Shown here: positions 9,830-19,518 of the stretch, in pieces
How the letters are laid out: every line of letters begins with the position of its first letter
How positions within the stretch are numbered: the first letter of the stretch is position 1
Notes under the pieces: generated by a model
Database searches by the model: none
What the model saw: the letters and a program-made list of their open reading frames with translations, nothing else
Told to the model about the DNA's origin: nothing
Assembly (NCBI GenBank): GCA_035512895.1
Contig: DATKDB010000104.1
Location: 1,818 to 65,817, forward strand
DNA: 64,000 bases
Source: Candidatus Binatia bacterium
GTDB lineage: Bacteria > Chloroflexota > Limnocylindria > QHBO01
Direction: 5' to 3'
Translations under genes and position numbers: made by a program

Positions 9830-10133
9830 CCGAGCTGTCGGCCAGGGCGCCGAGCTCCGCGTGGGCCTCGTGGAGGCGATCGCGGACGGCGCGGCTCCCG
9901 TTCGCATCGACCTCGGGCTCCATCGCGAGGAGCAGCGATCGGCCACGCTCGAGCAGCGCATCGACCTGGCCATCGCCGGGGGCGACGCTCCGCACGGCGA
10001 CACGGGTTGAAACGACGACCACACGAATTCGGAGCAGCATCGTACGGTCGTCCATCCGGCTCGCTCTAGCAAGGGTGATGCCGCCTCCGCTCGGCCGTCT
10101 CCAGGTCGCCGCCGGGGCTGAGGAAGCGCTCGA

Positions 10134-11069
10134 TCAGGTCGACCTGCTCTGCACGGCTCGTCTGGGCACGGCCGGATCGGCGAGGACGATCGCGGCGTCG
10201 ACGCCGATATCCTCGATGATCCGCTCGTATCGGTAGTAGACGATCGCCTCGGGGTCAACCTCGACCGCGCCATAGCCCTCGAAGAACCACGCCTCCTCGT
10301 GCGGCTGGACGGCACGCGCGATCCGGGAGCCGATGACGAAGAGCAGGTCGCGCTCGCGCGGCGCGAGCATCGGCCCATCCCAGCCGACCATGAGGATCCG
10401 GCCGTCGTCGGCGACGAGGACGTTGGCCGCATGGATGTCTGCGTGGCACAGGACGCGTGGATGCGGCCGTCCGCGCAGGACCGCGCCGAGCTCCTCGGCT
10501 CGGCCGATGGCGGCGTCGATCCAGTCTCGCGCATCGTCCAGGAAGGCGCGCAGCCGCACCGCCTGGGACGAGCGCACGGACGGCGCCCAGTCGAGGACCG
10601 TGCGCAGCACCGCCGCCGATGGCAGCGCGAACGACTCCACCGGCAGCCGATCGGCGAATCGCTCCTCCAGGCCGCTGTCGTGGACGGCGCGCAGCGCGCT
10701 GCCAAAGCCGCGCCACTGTGCGGCCGACATGCCGGCGACCATCGCGTCGCGGCCGGCGACGAACGGCTGGACGACGAGGCTCCGGTCGTCGGGCAGCGGA
10801 TGCGCGAGCGTCCCCGCGTGCGTCCGCATCGGCGCGAGAACGTTTGTCACGCCGGCGTCGAGGAGGGCGCGCGGAACCTCGAGCGGCACGTCGGACCGCG
10901 GGCCGAAGCGGACCTTCGCGAACCATCGGCCATCCGGGCCGGCGACGTCGTAGGCGGCGGCCTGCGGATCGTGGCCGGGCACGAACGTGAAGCGGCTGGC
11001 GCCGATGCCGTACGCCGCGCGGAGGGAATCGGCCAGCGCTCGCGTGTCGAGGCCGGGATCTTCGAGCAT
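10134..11069 (-). CDS. phosphotransferase (APH/choline-kinase family)
   Basis: VLCHADIHAANVLVADDGRILMVGWDG (HxDxxxxN plus D). The 3' end may carry a frameshift: a conserved-looking tail, AEQVDLIERFLSPGGDL, lies in another frame. Confidence 0.7.
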   Translation of the reverse strand: MLEDPGLDTRALADSLRAAYGIGASRFTFVPGHDPQAAAYDVAGPDGRWFAKVRFGPRSDVPLEVPRALLDAGVTNVLAPMRTHAGTLAHPLPDDRSLVVQPFVAGRDAMVAGMSAAQWRGFGSALRAVHDSGLEERFADRLPVESFALPSAAVLRTVLDWAPSVRSSQAVRLRAFLDDARDWIDAAIGRAEELGAVLRGRPHPRVLCHADIHAANVLVADDGRILMVGWDGPMLAPRERDLLFVIGSRIARAVQPHEEAWFFEGYGAVEVDPEAIVYYRYERIIEDIGVDAAIVLADPAVPRRAVQSRST

Positions 11070-11219
11070 CGGCGCACACGGTAGCCGACGAGCGGCCTCG
11101 CCAAACGGCCCCCGAGATGGGTCCGTGTGTCACATGTGCCCAAACCCCATACCGGCGACAGTTGAGCCCAGGCACACCAACAGACCCCACACCAACATAG
11201 ACACGAGAGGGTTACTCCA

Positions 11220-11903
11220 ATGATCAATCGATTGCGAGGGCTCGGCATTGTCCTCGGACTCATCGGCCTCGCATTCGTCGTGGCCGGCGGGTTCGCCTTC
11301 TTCAAGGTCCAGGAGGGGACGGCATCCCTCAAGGCCTTCAGCGCGGCGCAGGGCGTCGAGCTCACGTATAACGAGAGCGGACAGCTCACCGATCGCGGCA
11401 CCGCCGAAGGCGCGGAGCCGATCATGGCGCTGCTGACCGATGACTGGGGCTACCCCGTCGTCGCGGGCGAGCTCGATCCGAACGACCCGCTCGTCAACAC
11501 CGCGTCCGAGTACATGTACCAGATGGCGACGGTCGCGTATCACACGCTGCACGGGACGCAGACGATCGTTCTCGCTGAGGACGTCGAGTACAACGGTGAG
11601 CTCTTCACCGCCGGCACGTACGAGTTCCCGATCGACGGTCGCTACTGGGCCGATTTCGATCGCGAGCATCCCCTCGAGGGCCCCGCGCGCGGACTCGCCT
11701 GGACCGGTGTGGCCCATGCGCTCGTCGCTGAGCTCGGCGTCGGCACCGTCACCGCCTCCGCCCTGCAGCTCGGCCTCGGACTGGCCGCCCTGTTCGCCGG
11801 AGTCGGCGTCGTCTTCTTCCTCACCGGCGCCGGCCTCGTGTGGGCCACGCGCCCAGAGGCAGTCGAGGTCCCGGTCCTCCGCCCCGCGGGCGTGACCATC
11901 TGA
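11220..11903 (+). CDS. membrane protein with N- and C-terminal TM helices
   Basis: MINRLRGLGIVLGLIGLAFVVAGGFAFF. GAGAGGG upstream of the start. Confidence 0.65.
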   Translation: MINRLRGLGIVLGLIGLAFVVAGGFAFFKVQEGTASLKAFSAAQGVELTYNESGQLTDRGTAEGAEPIMALLTDDWGYPVVAGELDPNDPLVNTASEYMYQMATVAYHTLHGTQTIVLAEDVEYNGELFTAGTYEFPIDGRYWADFDREHPLEGPARGLAWTGVAHALVAELGVGTVTASALQLGLGLAALFAGVGVVFFLTGAGLVWATRPEAVEVPVLRPAGVTI

Positions 11904-11982
11904 CCCGACCGATGGAGCCGAGCTCCACGACCTAGATACGAGAGAGGAGCCCAGAGCGGGCTCCTCTCTCGCGTGCACGGGA

Positions 11983-14900
11983 TCACGCCACGCCGCCGCG
12001 AGCGTGCTCGACGAGCTGGCAGAGCGCGTTGACGAGCCGCATCTGCTCCGGGGTCCGGCAGTTCGCCTCGAGGAGCCGGGGGCTGGCGATGACGATCGCG
12101 ACGGCCCGGGCTCGCGAGACGGCGACGTTCAGGCGGTTGCGGCTGTAGAGGAAGTCCATGTCGCGGGGCGCGTCGTCGCGGCTCGAGCTCGCCATCGAGT
12201 AGATCGCAATTGCGCCCTCCTGGCCCTGGAACTTGTCGACGGTGCCGACCGGGACGCGGATGCCGCGACCGAGCCGCGCCTCCACGGCCCGGGCGATCTC
12301 GGCGACATGCGCGTTGTACGGCGCGACGATAATGATGTTCTCGGCCTGGATCGGCGCCGTGACGCCGTGGCAATCGGTCCATGACGACCCGATCAGCTCG
12401 TCGACGAGCCCGGCGATGACCGCCGCCTCCTGTGGCGACTTCGACGCGTTGCCCTCGTGCTCGCAGTCGACGAACCGGACCCCGACCCCGTCGAGCAGCG
12501 GCTCGGCGGAGGTGATCCGCTGGAGCTGGGTCGAGGGGTGCGTCCCGAGCCGGTCCTCGTAGAAGGCGGCCGAGATGTACTCGTTGACCGCCGGGTGCAT
12601 TCGCCACGTCGTCTCGAGGAAGAGTCCGCATCGGTCGTCGAGCGTGACGGCCGACCCGAGCAGGTGCTCGAGGGACGACTCGCCGGCGCCCTCGGGATGG
12701 ACGCCCTGGCTCACCATCGGCAGCTGGTTCGGGTCGCCGAGGAGGACGACCGATGACGCGGCGCCGCTCATCGCCACGACGTTCGCGAGCGACATCTGCC
12801 CGGCCTCGTCGACGAAGAGGACGTCGAGGGTGCCGACGAGCTCCGCCCGGGCGATGAGCCAGGGCGTGCCAGCCACGACGTCAACCTCTCGCTCGGCGAG
12901 GGCGGCGAAGATCTGCTCGTTCGAGCTGAGCGTGACGCTCGGGTTGCCGGTCACCTCGTCCCCGGTGTCGCAGCGCTGCATGGCGCGGAACGGGACGCCC
13001 GCCTCGCGACCCGCGACGACCACCTCGCGGAGGAGGTTCGAGATGGCCTTGTGCGACTGGGCGGCGATCCCGACCCGCTTCCCCGCTCGCACGAGCTCGA
13101 CGATCATCCGCGCCCCGGTGTACGTCTTCCCGGTTCCGGGCGGGCCCTGGATCGGCAGGACCGTCTCGTCGAGCGCGGTCGCGATCCGGCGCGCCGCGTC
13201 GAGCGTCGCCTCGCCGTCGCGCACGAGCCGCTCCCCGGCGGGCGTGCCGTTGACGTGTGGGGGCCAACAGAGCAAGAGCTCGCGGGCGGCGCGGAACGGG
13301 CCGGGACCCTCCATCCCGTGCTCGATGACGGCGTCGGCGATCCGCAGCAGCGCGTCCCGCATCGCCCGGGCCTGGAGCGGCTGGTCGGGAATGAGCGCGG
13401 TCGGATGGAACGGCTGTCGCTTCGGACCGACCTTGAGGTCCAGGTATCCCTCGACGTCGTCGATGTCCAGGATCTCGCCGGCATCGGCTCCGAAGTCGCC
13501 GTGGCGCGGGTCGGGGTCGATCGGCTTCGACCCGATGCGGAACTTGTGGTCCTGCGGCGGGAATCGGTAGCGGCGCAGGACGCTCTTCTTCTCCGGACCG
13601 AGCTCTCGCTCGAACGTCAGGCCGCCGATCCCCTCACTGGCGCCGATGAGCTCCTCCGTCGACTTCTGACGCAGGTCGTGCCACAGCCACCAGGCCGGCT
13701 TGTCGTCGCGCCGATGCCAGTCGAGGAGCTGCGCGAGCAGCCATCGGCCCTGTTGCTCGGGCGAGCGGAGGTTGCGGTCGGCGCCCACGCCATCGGTCAG
13801 GGCATCCATCCGCTTCTGCACCGCGGCCGATCGCTCCTCCTGCGCCTCGGTCGGCAGCCCGTCCAGGATGGGCGGGCGGGTCCACTCGGCGGCGACTGGG
13901 AAGGTTCGAACCGCCTCGGCCCGGCGCTCCTCGAGCCAGTCCCGCAGCTCGAGCGTCGAGATGCAGTCGTCGCGGTTGTAGTCGGCGATGGCCTGGAGGA
14001 TCGCGTCGTCGCGCTCCCGCATCCAGCGCTCGTACTCGACGACGCTGAAGCCGGCCTCCGTCACCGGGCCCTCGCGCTGCGCGAGGTAGAACTTCTCGAT
14101 CTGCTTGAGCGAGTACGACTCGACCGATGCGCGCACCCCCTGGCGCACGACGTTGAGCAGGTCGACGAAGACCCCGCCACGCAGCAGCCGATCGACCTCG
14201 TCCTCGCGGGTCGCGTGGCGCCGCATGAGCCGCTTCACGGCGCCCGACTCGTACCCGCCGTAGTGGAAGACGTGCATCCGCGGGTGCGCGTCGAGCCGCT
14301 CGATGCAGAGGTCGATGAACGACTCGAAGGCCAGCTTCTCCTCCTCGCGGTCGTGCGACCAGAACGGCAGGTACGTCCGCTCACCGTCGACGGTGATCGC
14401 GAGGCCGAGCAGGTACTCGAGGCCGTCGTCGAGCGCCCACGGGTCGGACTCGATGTCGAAGAAGACGTCCCACGGCGTCGGCTCCGGCAGCGCCGCGAGC
14501 CCGCGTCCGCTCGCGTCGGGCTCCGGCGGGATGAGCTCGTACACCCGCTCCCCGGTCACGCGTTCGTGGAGCTGGAGGCGTGCCTGGTCGCTGAGCCGGC
14601 GCCGGGCATGCGGCTCGACCTCCGGGACCGATGCGTCCGGCGGCAGCCTCGCGATCTGCGTCAGCGTCCGCACGTCGGCGCTCATGAAGCGCTCCGTGTC
14701 GACGCGCCGGATGCCGGCGACGATCGAGGGGTGGTCGTCGTCGCGGCGGCGCTGGATGCAGGTCGGGTACCAGACGCAAACCTGGCAGTGCTCGACCGGA
14801 TCGGGGTACGTGTCGAGGCCCAGCGAGCCACCGAGGACCCGCTGCTCGAACCGGTTCCGGGCGTAGCGGAAGTAGGCGGCGTAGTCGGTCAGCCGATGCG

Positions 14901-15453
14901 GACGCTCGACGCCGTCGCCGGTCACGACGTACACCGTCTCGGGCAGGACGCCCTGGAGGCGGGCGAGTAGATCGGCGTAGACGCACATCTGGATGATCGC
15001 GGCGGCCTTGACGCCGCGCGACAGCTTCGTATCGGCGATGTCGTAGCTGTACGCACCGAGGACCGGGCTCGGTCGCTCGACGCGATAGAGGAAGTCGGCG
15101 TGGCCGCGCCATCGGCCGTCGAAGAAGGTCGCCTGGAAGATGACGTCGGCGCCCTGTCGCATGGCGGCCAGCGTGTCGGCCTGCGCGGCGCGCAGCCGGT
15201 CCGGCGTCGTCAGGTCGTCCTTCGCGATCTCGACGACGCTGCGGCCCTCGGCGCGCAGGTTCTCGAGGTGGGCCAGCTCGTGCGCGTCTCCACGGTCCTG
15301 CATGAGCTGCACGGTGGGGTCGGCACGGCGCGGCGGGCGCTCCCAGCGACCCTCGATCCGCCCGAGCTCGAGCGTCGAGAGGTGGTCGCAGGCGAGGTAA
15401 CCGACGAGGTCGGTGGCACTGACGATGACCGTGCCGTCCGAGGTCTTCTGCAC
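11983..15453 (-). CDS. TM0106-family RecB-like PD-(D/E)XK nuclease fused to an SF1 (DNA2/Upf1-like) helicase
   Basis: N-terminus DLVGYLACDHLSTLE plus Cys cluster CQVCVWYPTC. Helicase motifs GPPGTGKTYT, VLFVDEAGQ, VAVSRAR. 1156 aa. Confidence 0.8.
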   Translation of the reverse strand: MQKTSDGTVIVSATDLVGYLACDHLSTLELGRIEGRWERPPRRADPTVQLMQDRGDAHELAHLENLRAEGRSVVEIAKDDLTTPDRLRAAQADTLAAMRQGADVIFQATFFDGRWRGHADFLYRVERPSPVLGAYSYDIADTKLSRGVKAAAIIQMCVYADLLARLQGVLPETVYVVTGDGVERPHRLTDYAAYFRYARNRFEQRVLGGSLGLDTYPDPVEHCQVCVWYPTCIQRRRDDDHPSIVAGIRRVDTERFMSADVRTLTQIARLPPDASVPEVEPHARRRLSDQARLQLHERVTGERVYELIPPEPDASGRGLAALPEPTPWDVFFDIESDPWALDDGLEYLLGLAITVDGERTYLPFWSHDREEEKLAFESFIDLCIERLDAHPRMHVFHYGGYESGAVKRLMRRHATREDEVDRLLRGGVFVDLLNVVRQGVRASVESYSLKQIEKFYLAQREGPVTEAGFSVVEYERWMRERDDAILQAIADYNRDDCISTLELRDWLEERRAEAVRTFPVAAEWTRPPILDGLPTEAQEERSAAVQKRMDALTDGVGADRNLRSPEQQGRWLLAQLLDWHRRDDKPAWWLWHDLRQKSTEELIGASEGIGGLTFERELGPEKKSVLRRYRFPPQDHKFRIGSKPIDPDPRHGDFGADAGEILDIDDVEGYLDLKVGPKRQPFHPTALIPDQPLQARAMRDALLRIADAVIEHGMEGPGPFRAARELLLCWPPHVNGTPAGERLVRDGEATLDAARRIATALDETVLPIQGPPGTGKTYTGARMIVELVRAGKRVGIAAQSHKAISNLLREVVVAGREAGVPFRAMQRCDTGDEVTGNPSVTLSSNEQIFAALAEREVDVVAGTPWLIARAELVGTLDVLFVDEAGQMSLANVVAMSGAASSVVLLGDPNQLPMVSQGVHPEGAGESSLEHLLGSAVTLDDRCGLFLETTWRMHPAVNEYISAAFYEDRLGTHPSTQLQRITSAEPLLDGVGVRFVDCEHEGNASKSPQEAAVIAGLVDELIGSSWTDCHGVTAPIQAENIIIVAPYNAHVAEIARAVEARLGRGIRVPVGTVDKFQGQEGAIAIYSMASSSRDDAPRDMDFLYSRNRLNVAVSRARAVAIVIASPRLLEANCRTPEQMRLVNALCQLVEHARGGVA

Positions 15454-15550
15454 GCGACCACGATAGCCAGCGCCCGCGACAGGTTGAGGGTCACGGTCGC
15501 AGGGTGCCCGCCCGTATTGACAAACGTACGTTCAGATGTACGCTTGACCG

Positions 15551-15826
15551 ATGAAGAGCATCCCGATCACCGAGCTGAGGCAGCGAGCCGCAGATGTCAT
15601 CGAGCGGGCCGGGACGAGCGACGAGCCGACGGTCATCCTCAAGCGGTCGCGCAAGGCCGCGTACATCGTCAGTCCCGAGCGCTTCGAGCAGGACCAGGCC
15701 GAGCTGCGAGCCCTCCGCCGGGCACTCTTCATGTCCGAGGTCCGCGAGGCCGAGGCCGAGCACACCGCGGGCCAGGCACGGCAGTTCGAGGACTTGGAGG
15801 ACCTCCTGGACGAGCTTCGGTCCTGA
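15551..15826 (+). CDS. type II antitoxin, Phd/YefM family
   Basis: MKSIPITELRQRAADVIERAG...PTVILKRSRKAAYIVSPERFE. Confidence 0.85.
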   Translation: MKSIPITELRQRAADVIERAGTSDEPTVILKRSRKAAYIVSPERFEQDQAELRALRRALFMSEVREAEAEHTAGQARQFEDLEDLLDELRS

Positions 15827-15829
15827 CCG

Positions 15830-16084
15830 ATGCGCCTCCAGGCATCGAGCCGATTCCTGCGGCGCGCGAAGAAGCTGCGAGAGCCCCAGGCGACGATGCT
15901 GCGCGCGGCCCTTCGCCGATTCGCCGCGGACCCGGCCGACCCCCTGCTCCGCGTCCACAAGCTGAAGGGCGAGCTGCGCGACTACTGGTCGTTCACCGTC
16001 GACGACGACCTGCGCGTGCTTTTCCGCTGGGACCGCGACGTTGCGTTCCTCGTCAACATCGGCTCACACGACGAGGTCTACTGA
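15830..16084 (+). CDS. type II toxin, RelE/YafQ family
   Basis: HKLKGELRDYWSFTVDDDLRVLFRWDRDVAFLVNIGSHDEVY. The start lies 4 nt after the antitoxin stop. Confidence 0.75.
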   Translation: MRLQASSRFLRRAKKLREPQATMLRAALRRFAADPADPLLRVHKLKGELRDYWSFTVDDDLRVLFRWDRDVAFLVNIGSHDEVY

Positions 16085-16221
16085 GCGCCGTCCTGACGTA
16101 GGACCGCGCACGCCACTTTGCCGGGTGAGGTGCGTCACTCGGCCGATGATCGGCGCCCGGCGCTCCCCGACGATGCCCTCACTGCGGCCGTCTGCGTGCC
16201 GCCCACAGGGAAATCACTGTC

Positions 16222-16716
16222 ATGTTCTCTCGAAATCAACTGCTCATCGCACCCGTCCTGGCGGTGGTTCTCGCTGCGTGCGGGACGGCGACCGCCAACC
16301 CAGACCCCGTGGACGAGCCGGCGGCGCCGTCGCCGACCGTCTCTCCCGCACCGACCGTCGCCCCGGAGCCGACCGCGCCCCCGGCGACAGGCGACGGCAC
16401 GATCACGATCGTCGGCGGCGGATCCGTCAGTGGGCCCGGCGGCAACATCGGCGATGCGCTCGATGCGGCCCTCGACCAGCCGTACCTGGTCAACGGCGTC
16501 CTGCTCAAGGACCTCGACGGCAAGATCTGGCTCTGCGACTCGCTGACCGATACGACGCCGGTCGCCTGCGACGGCCTCGTTCTCGAGGTGCTCGAGTACC
16601 CGACCGGCGGCGCCGAGTGGGAACTCGAGAACGCGGACATCACCGTGCTCCAGGAGTCCGAGGGCGTCCTCTACTTCGAGTTCAACCAGCTCTTCGGCGT
16701 CGTCGAGGCAGCGTGA
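16222..16716 (+). CDS. lipoprotein (lipobox LAAC), Pro/Thr-rich linker
   Basis: MFSRNQLLIAPVLAVVLAACG. Confidence 0.65.
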   Translation: MFSRNQLLIAPVLAVVLAACGTATANPDPVDEPAAPSPTVSPAPTVAPEPTAPPATGDGTITIVGGGSVSGPGGNIGDALDAALDQPYLVNGVLLKDLDGKIWLCDSLTDTTPVACDGLVLEVLEYPTGGAEWELENADITVLQESEGVLYFEFNQLFGVVEAA

Positions 16717-16778
16717 CCTCGGGCGTCTCTGCCCCGGAGCTCACCCCAAGGGTGGGCTCCGGGGCTTTTGCATGCGCG

Positions 16779-16994
16779 CTCGCGTGGCGCGCCGCCCGTA
16801 TCCACCCGGGGACTCTTACCGCCACGCATTGGCCGATGCATGCGCGCCCACCCCTGCGACCGCCATCCACGCCGCCCCAGCTTGGCTAACCGATGCACCG
16901 GGCGCATTTCCCGCCATCCGACGGCCGTTAGAGTCACCCGGGCGATACGCGAGCAGTACGCGGCCAGTAACCGACGCCCTGCCACCATCGAGCC
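16779..16994 (+). repeat. Copy A of a roughly 200-bp structured interspersed repeat (MITE-like or sRNA-like)
   Basis: Core ...GTATCCACCCGGGGACTCTTACCGCC...GGCCGATGCATGCGCGC...CCAGCTTGGCT...CCGCCATCCGACGGCCGTTAGAGTCACCCGGGCGATAC... This core is shared with the copies at 17919, 22902, 24793 and 35760. Confidence 0.7.
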
Positions 16995-17166
16995 GGGGCA
17001 GCCGATCACCTCCGCCCACACGACCGTTGACCCGATCAATGCGCCCTCGGTGGCCGCCTGGCCCTCGTCGACCACGATCGCGTCGTACCGATGCTCCGGC
17101 AGCTGCATCAGCGCCTCGTCCAGCTCATCGCTGCAGGGTACCGGTGCGAGGCCACGGCGAGATCAG

Positions 17167-17361
17167 TCAGTCTTCCGCACTGGCTCCTTCTCGCACGAGC
17201 GCGCGGAGTGCCGCATTAACGCTCTCCGAAGTCGGGAATCGCTCAGCCACGTCCGGATCCAAGCGGACAACCGCACCCTCCGTCCGAAGCTTGCGGTGGT
17301 GCTGGCCGCGCGATCCGCCGCGGAAGTCGTACTCGTCGCGAGGGTCGTCAGGCGTGCTCAT
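17167..17361 (-). CDS. ribbon-helix-helix protein (BrnA/CopG-like antitoxin-type)
   Basis: N-terminal EYDFRGG motif plus C-terminal RHH-like DPDVAERFPTSESVNAALRAL. No cognate toxin is adjacent. Confidence 0.5.
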   Translation of the reverse strand: MSTPDDPRDEYDFRGGSRGQHHRKLRTEGAVVRLDPDVAERFPTSESVNAALRALVREGASAED

Positions 17362-17421
17362 GATCCATCCATTCGGGCGGAGTTGCCCGTTGCTCTTCGG
17401 CGGGACCCGACCGCTTGATTC

Positions 17422-17637
17422 CTACGCGTCTTGGGCGGCCACGGTGTCGGACCAGGTGCTCGGAGCCGGCACCGGCTCCCCGATCGATCGCATCATGGCC
17501 ACGTGGGCCTTGATTGCGGACCGGATGAGCTTCTCAACCTCGCCGCGCGTCTTGGCCGCCGCCACACACCCCGGCAGGTCGGGCACATAGGCTGAGTAGC
17601 CCGTCGAGGTCGTCTCGTAGATCACCGTGAACGTCAT
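17422..17637 (-). CDS. HicB-family antitoxin (N-terminal domain only)
   Basis: MTFTVIYETTSTGYSAYVPDLPGCVAAAKTRGEVEKLIRSAI is 60% identical to the HicB at 19112. The in-frame upstream extension looks like a degraded hicA. Confidence 0.7.
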   Translation of the reverse strand: MTFTVIYETTSTGYSAYVPDLPGCVAAAKTRGEVEKLIRSAIKAHVAMMRSIGEPVPAPSTWSDTVAAQDA

Positions 17638-17918
17638 GGCCTGTCCTGCGGTTCGATTCCGGCCTGCCTGAGAATACTCCGGTAGGTGCCCGTCGCAAGG
17701 TGACGGCTCGGTTTCCCCGCGATCGTCACGAGCCCCGGTCATTTGGGATGCACAAAGTGCCGATGGCTGCCGCGAGTCCGCACCCACCGCCAGCCGTGCG
17801 CTTCAACGAGCCGAATGGCATCTCGAACTTGGGCACCCACGCATCGTCACGAAGCTGCCTTATCGCGGGCTTACCGCTGCGTTACAGCGGACTGCCCAAC
17901 GTCGCATCGCTCGCGTGC

Positions 17919-18094
17919 TCGCGTGGCGCGAGGCCCGTATCCACCCGGGGACTCTACGGCCACTCATGGGCCGATGCATGCGCGCCAACCCTTGCGACCG
18001 CCATCCACGCCGCCCCAGCTTGGCTGACCGATCCACCGCCCGCATAACCCGCCATCCGACGGCCGTTAGAGTCACCCGGGCGATACGCGAGCAG
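17919..18094 (+). repeat. Copy B of the structured repeat
   Basis: About 85% identical to the copy A core. Lies immediately upstream of the kinase gene at 18137. Confidence 0.7.
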
Positions 18095-18136
18095 TCCGCC
18101 GCGGATAATCGGCGGCATGGACAGGGGCCACGCTGC

Positions 18137-19033
18137 ATGACCGATGCGCCCGACGGCGATGCCGTCGCCGCGTCGCTGGCACGCGATTGGGGCCTCCGCG
18201 CCCCGACGATCGAGCGCCATGACCGCGGGATGAACTCCAGGACCTGGATCATCACCGACGGCGCTCGCCGGTGGGTCGCCAAGGCCGTTCCCGCCGACGT
18301 CCAGCCGAGCTTCGCGGCGGGGCTCGCCGTCGCCTCCCTCGTCGATGCCGCCGGCATCCCGAGCGGTGCGCCGGAGCCGACGCGATCCGGGGCGCTGTCG
18401 GTCGTGCTCGGCCGTTGGACCCTCGCGCTGCTGCGGTTCGCCGACGGCGAGCCGCTCGTCGGGGACGACGAGCGGGAGCAGCGGCTCATCGGCCTGACGC
18501 TCGCGCGGGCGCATCGGGCACTGAGGGGGCGCGAGGTCCCGGGCGCCGAGCGATTTCATTGGATCGATGCCGAGGCGTCACACCTCGACATCGAGCCCTG
18601 GGTTCGGCCGGCCGTTCGCGCTGCCATCGGCGCCTACGACGCCATCCACCCGCATGAGCTGACGTGGGGCCTGCTCCACTCGGACCCCGCGCCGGAGGCA
18701 TTCCTGTGCGACGCGCGCACCGACCGATGCGGGCTCATTGACTGGGGCACCGCGCTCGTCGGTCCGCTCATGTACGACGTCGCGTCGGCGGTGATGTACG
18801 TGGGCGGCCGCCGATACGCCTCCACCCTGCTGGACGCCTACCTGGCCGAGCGGGTGATCCCGGCCTCGGAGGTCGAGCGCGCGCTCGAACCGATGCTCCA
18901 GCTGCGCTGGGCCGTCCAGGCCGATTACTTCGCCCGGCGCCTCGCGACCGACGACCTCACGGGGATTGCGAATTCGGACGAGAACCAGGTCGGCCTCGAC
19001 GACGCCCGTCGGGGGCTGCTCGGCTCATCCTGA
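18137..19033 (+). CDS. phosphotransferase (APH / homoserine-kinase II-like)
   Basis: LLHSDPAPEAF (HxD), IDWG and MYDVASA. I moved the start to the ATG downstream of the repeat element (MTDAPDGD). Confidence 0.75.
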   Translation: MTDAPDGDAVAASLARDWGLRAPTIERHDRGMNSRTWIITDGARRWVAKAVPADVQPSFAAGLAVASLVDAAGIPSGAPEPTRSGALSVVLGRWTLALLRFADGEPLVGDDEREQRLIGLTLARAHRALRGREVPGAERFHWIDAEASHLDIEPWVRPAVRAAIGAYDAIHPHELTWGLLHSDPAPEAFLCDARTDRCGLIDWGTALVGPLMYDVASAVMYVGGRRYASTLLDAYLAERVIPASEVERALEPMLQLRWAVQADYFARRLATDDLTGIANSDENQVGLDDARRGLLGSS

Positions 19034-19063
19034 GCGTGGGCGTCGTGGTCAATCCCTTATCCC

Positions 19064-19088
19064 GCGATCACGAAAGAGCAGTGATCGC
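19064..19088. terminator. 8-bp stem hairpin GCGATCAC-N9-GTGATCGC between convergent genes (candidate bidirectional terminator)
   Basis: Perfect inverted repeat between the kinase stop (19033) and the hicB stop (19112). No U-tract. Confidence 0.35.
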
Positions 19089-19111
19089 CCGTGGATGCGA
19101 GGGCGGCGAGG

Positions 19112-19324
19112 CTAGAGAACGTCGACGGAGCCGGACGTGGTGGTCGGCTCGGGCGGTGCCACGCCGTCCTCGCGCATGCCTTCCAGGTGAAGCTCGATGG
19201 CAGAGCGGATCCGCCGTTCGACATCGGCCCGCGTCCGGCCGGTCGCCACACATCCCGGCAGGTCCGGCACGTACGCGCCCCAATTGCGCTCGCTGCGCTC
19301 GTAGATCACCGCGTAGGTCGTCAT
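19112..19324 (-). CDS. hicB: HicB antitoxin
   Basis: MTTYAVIYERSERNWGAYVPDLPGCVATGRTRADVERRIRSAIELHLEG. ATGA overlap with hicA. Confidence 0.8.
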   Translation of the reverse strand: MTTYAVIYERSERNWGAYVPDLPGCVATGRTRADVERRIRSAIELHLEGMREDGVAPPEPTTTSGSVDVL

Positions 19325-19518
19325 CGGTCGTCCTTCAGCCCTGCCTGCTTGCGAACATTGTTCCACGTGCCCGGCGGCATGTCGTCACTCAACTTGCCCG
19401 ACACGGTGACGCGTCCAACGCGGTCCGAGTGCTTGAACTGCCGATGTCCACCGCGCGACTTGACCTCATACCACCCTTCGGCGCGGAGCAGGCGGATGAT
19501 GTCACGGACCTTCGGCAC
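19321..19518 (-). CDS. hicA: HicA toxin (mRNA interferase)
   Basis: MPKVRDIIRLLRAEGWYEVKSRGGHRQFKH...GTWNNVRKQAGL. Confidence 0.85.
   Translation of the reverse strand: MPKVRDIIRLLRAEGWYEVKSRGGHRQFKHSDRVGRVTVSGKLSDDMPPGTWNNVRKQAGLKDDR

Noticed and set aside
9804-10055. 83-aa reverse-strand ORF and 73-aa forward ORF between the GNAT and phosphotransferase genes
   Set aside because: Neither has an RBS, a recognisable fold or good codon bias. The region more likely holds the (possibly frameshifted) 3' end of the phosphotransferase gene.
17648-17668. GGTTCGATTCC T-loop-like sequence suggesting a tRNA
   Set aside because: The flanking sequence cannot form T-stem or acceptor-stem pairing, and no cloverleaf can be drawn. 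It lies in the decayed hicA region.
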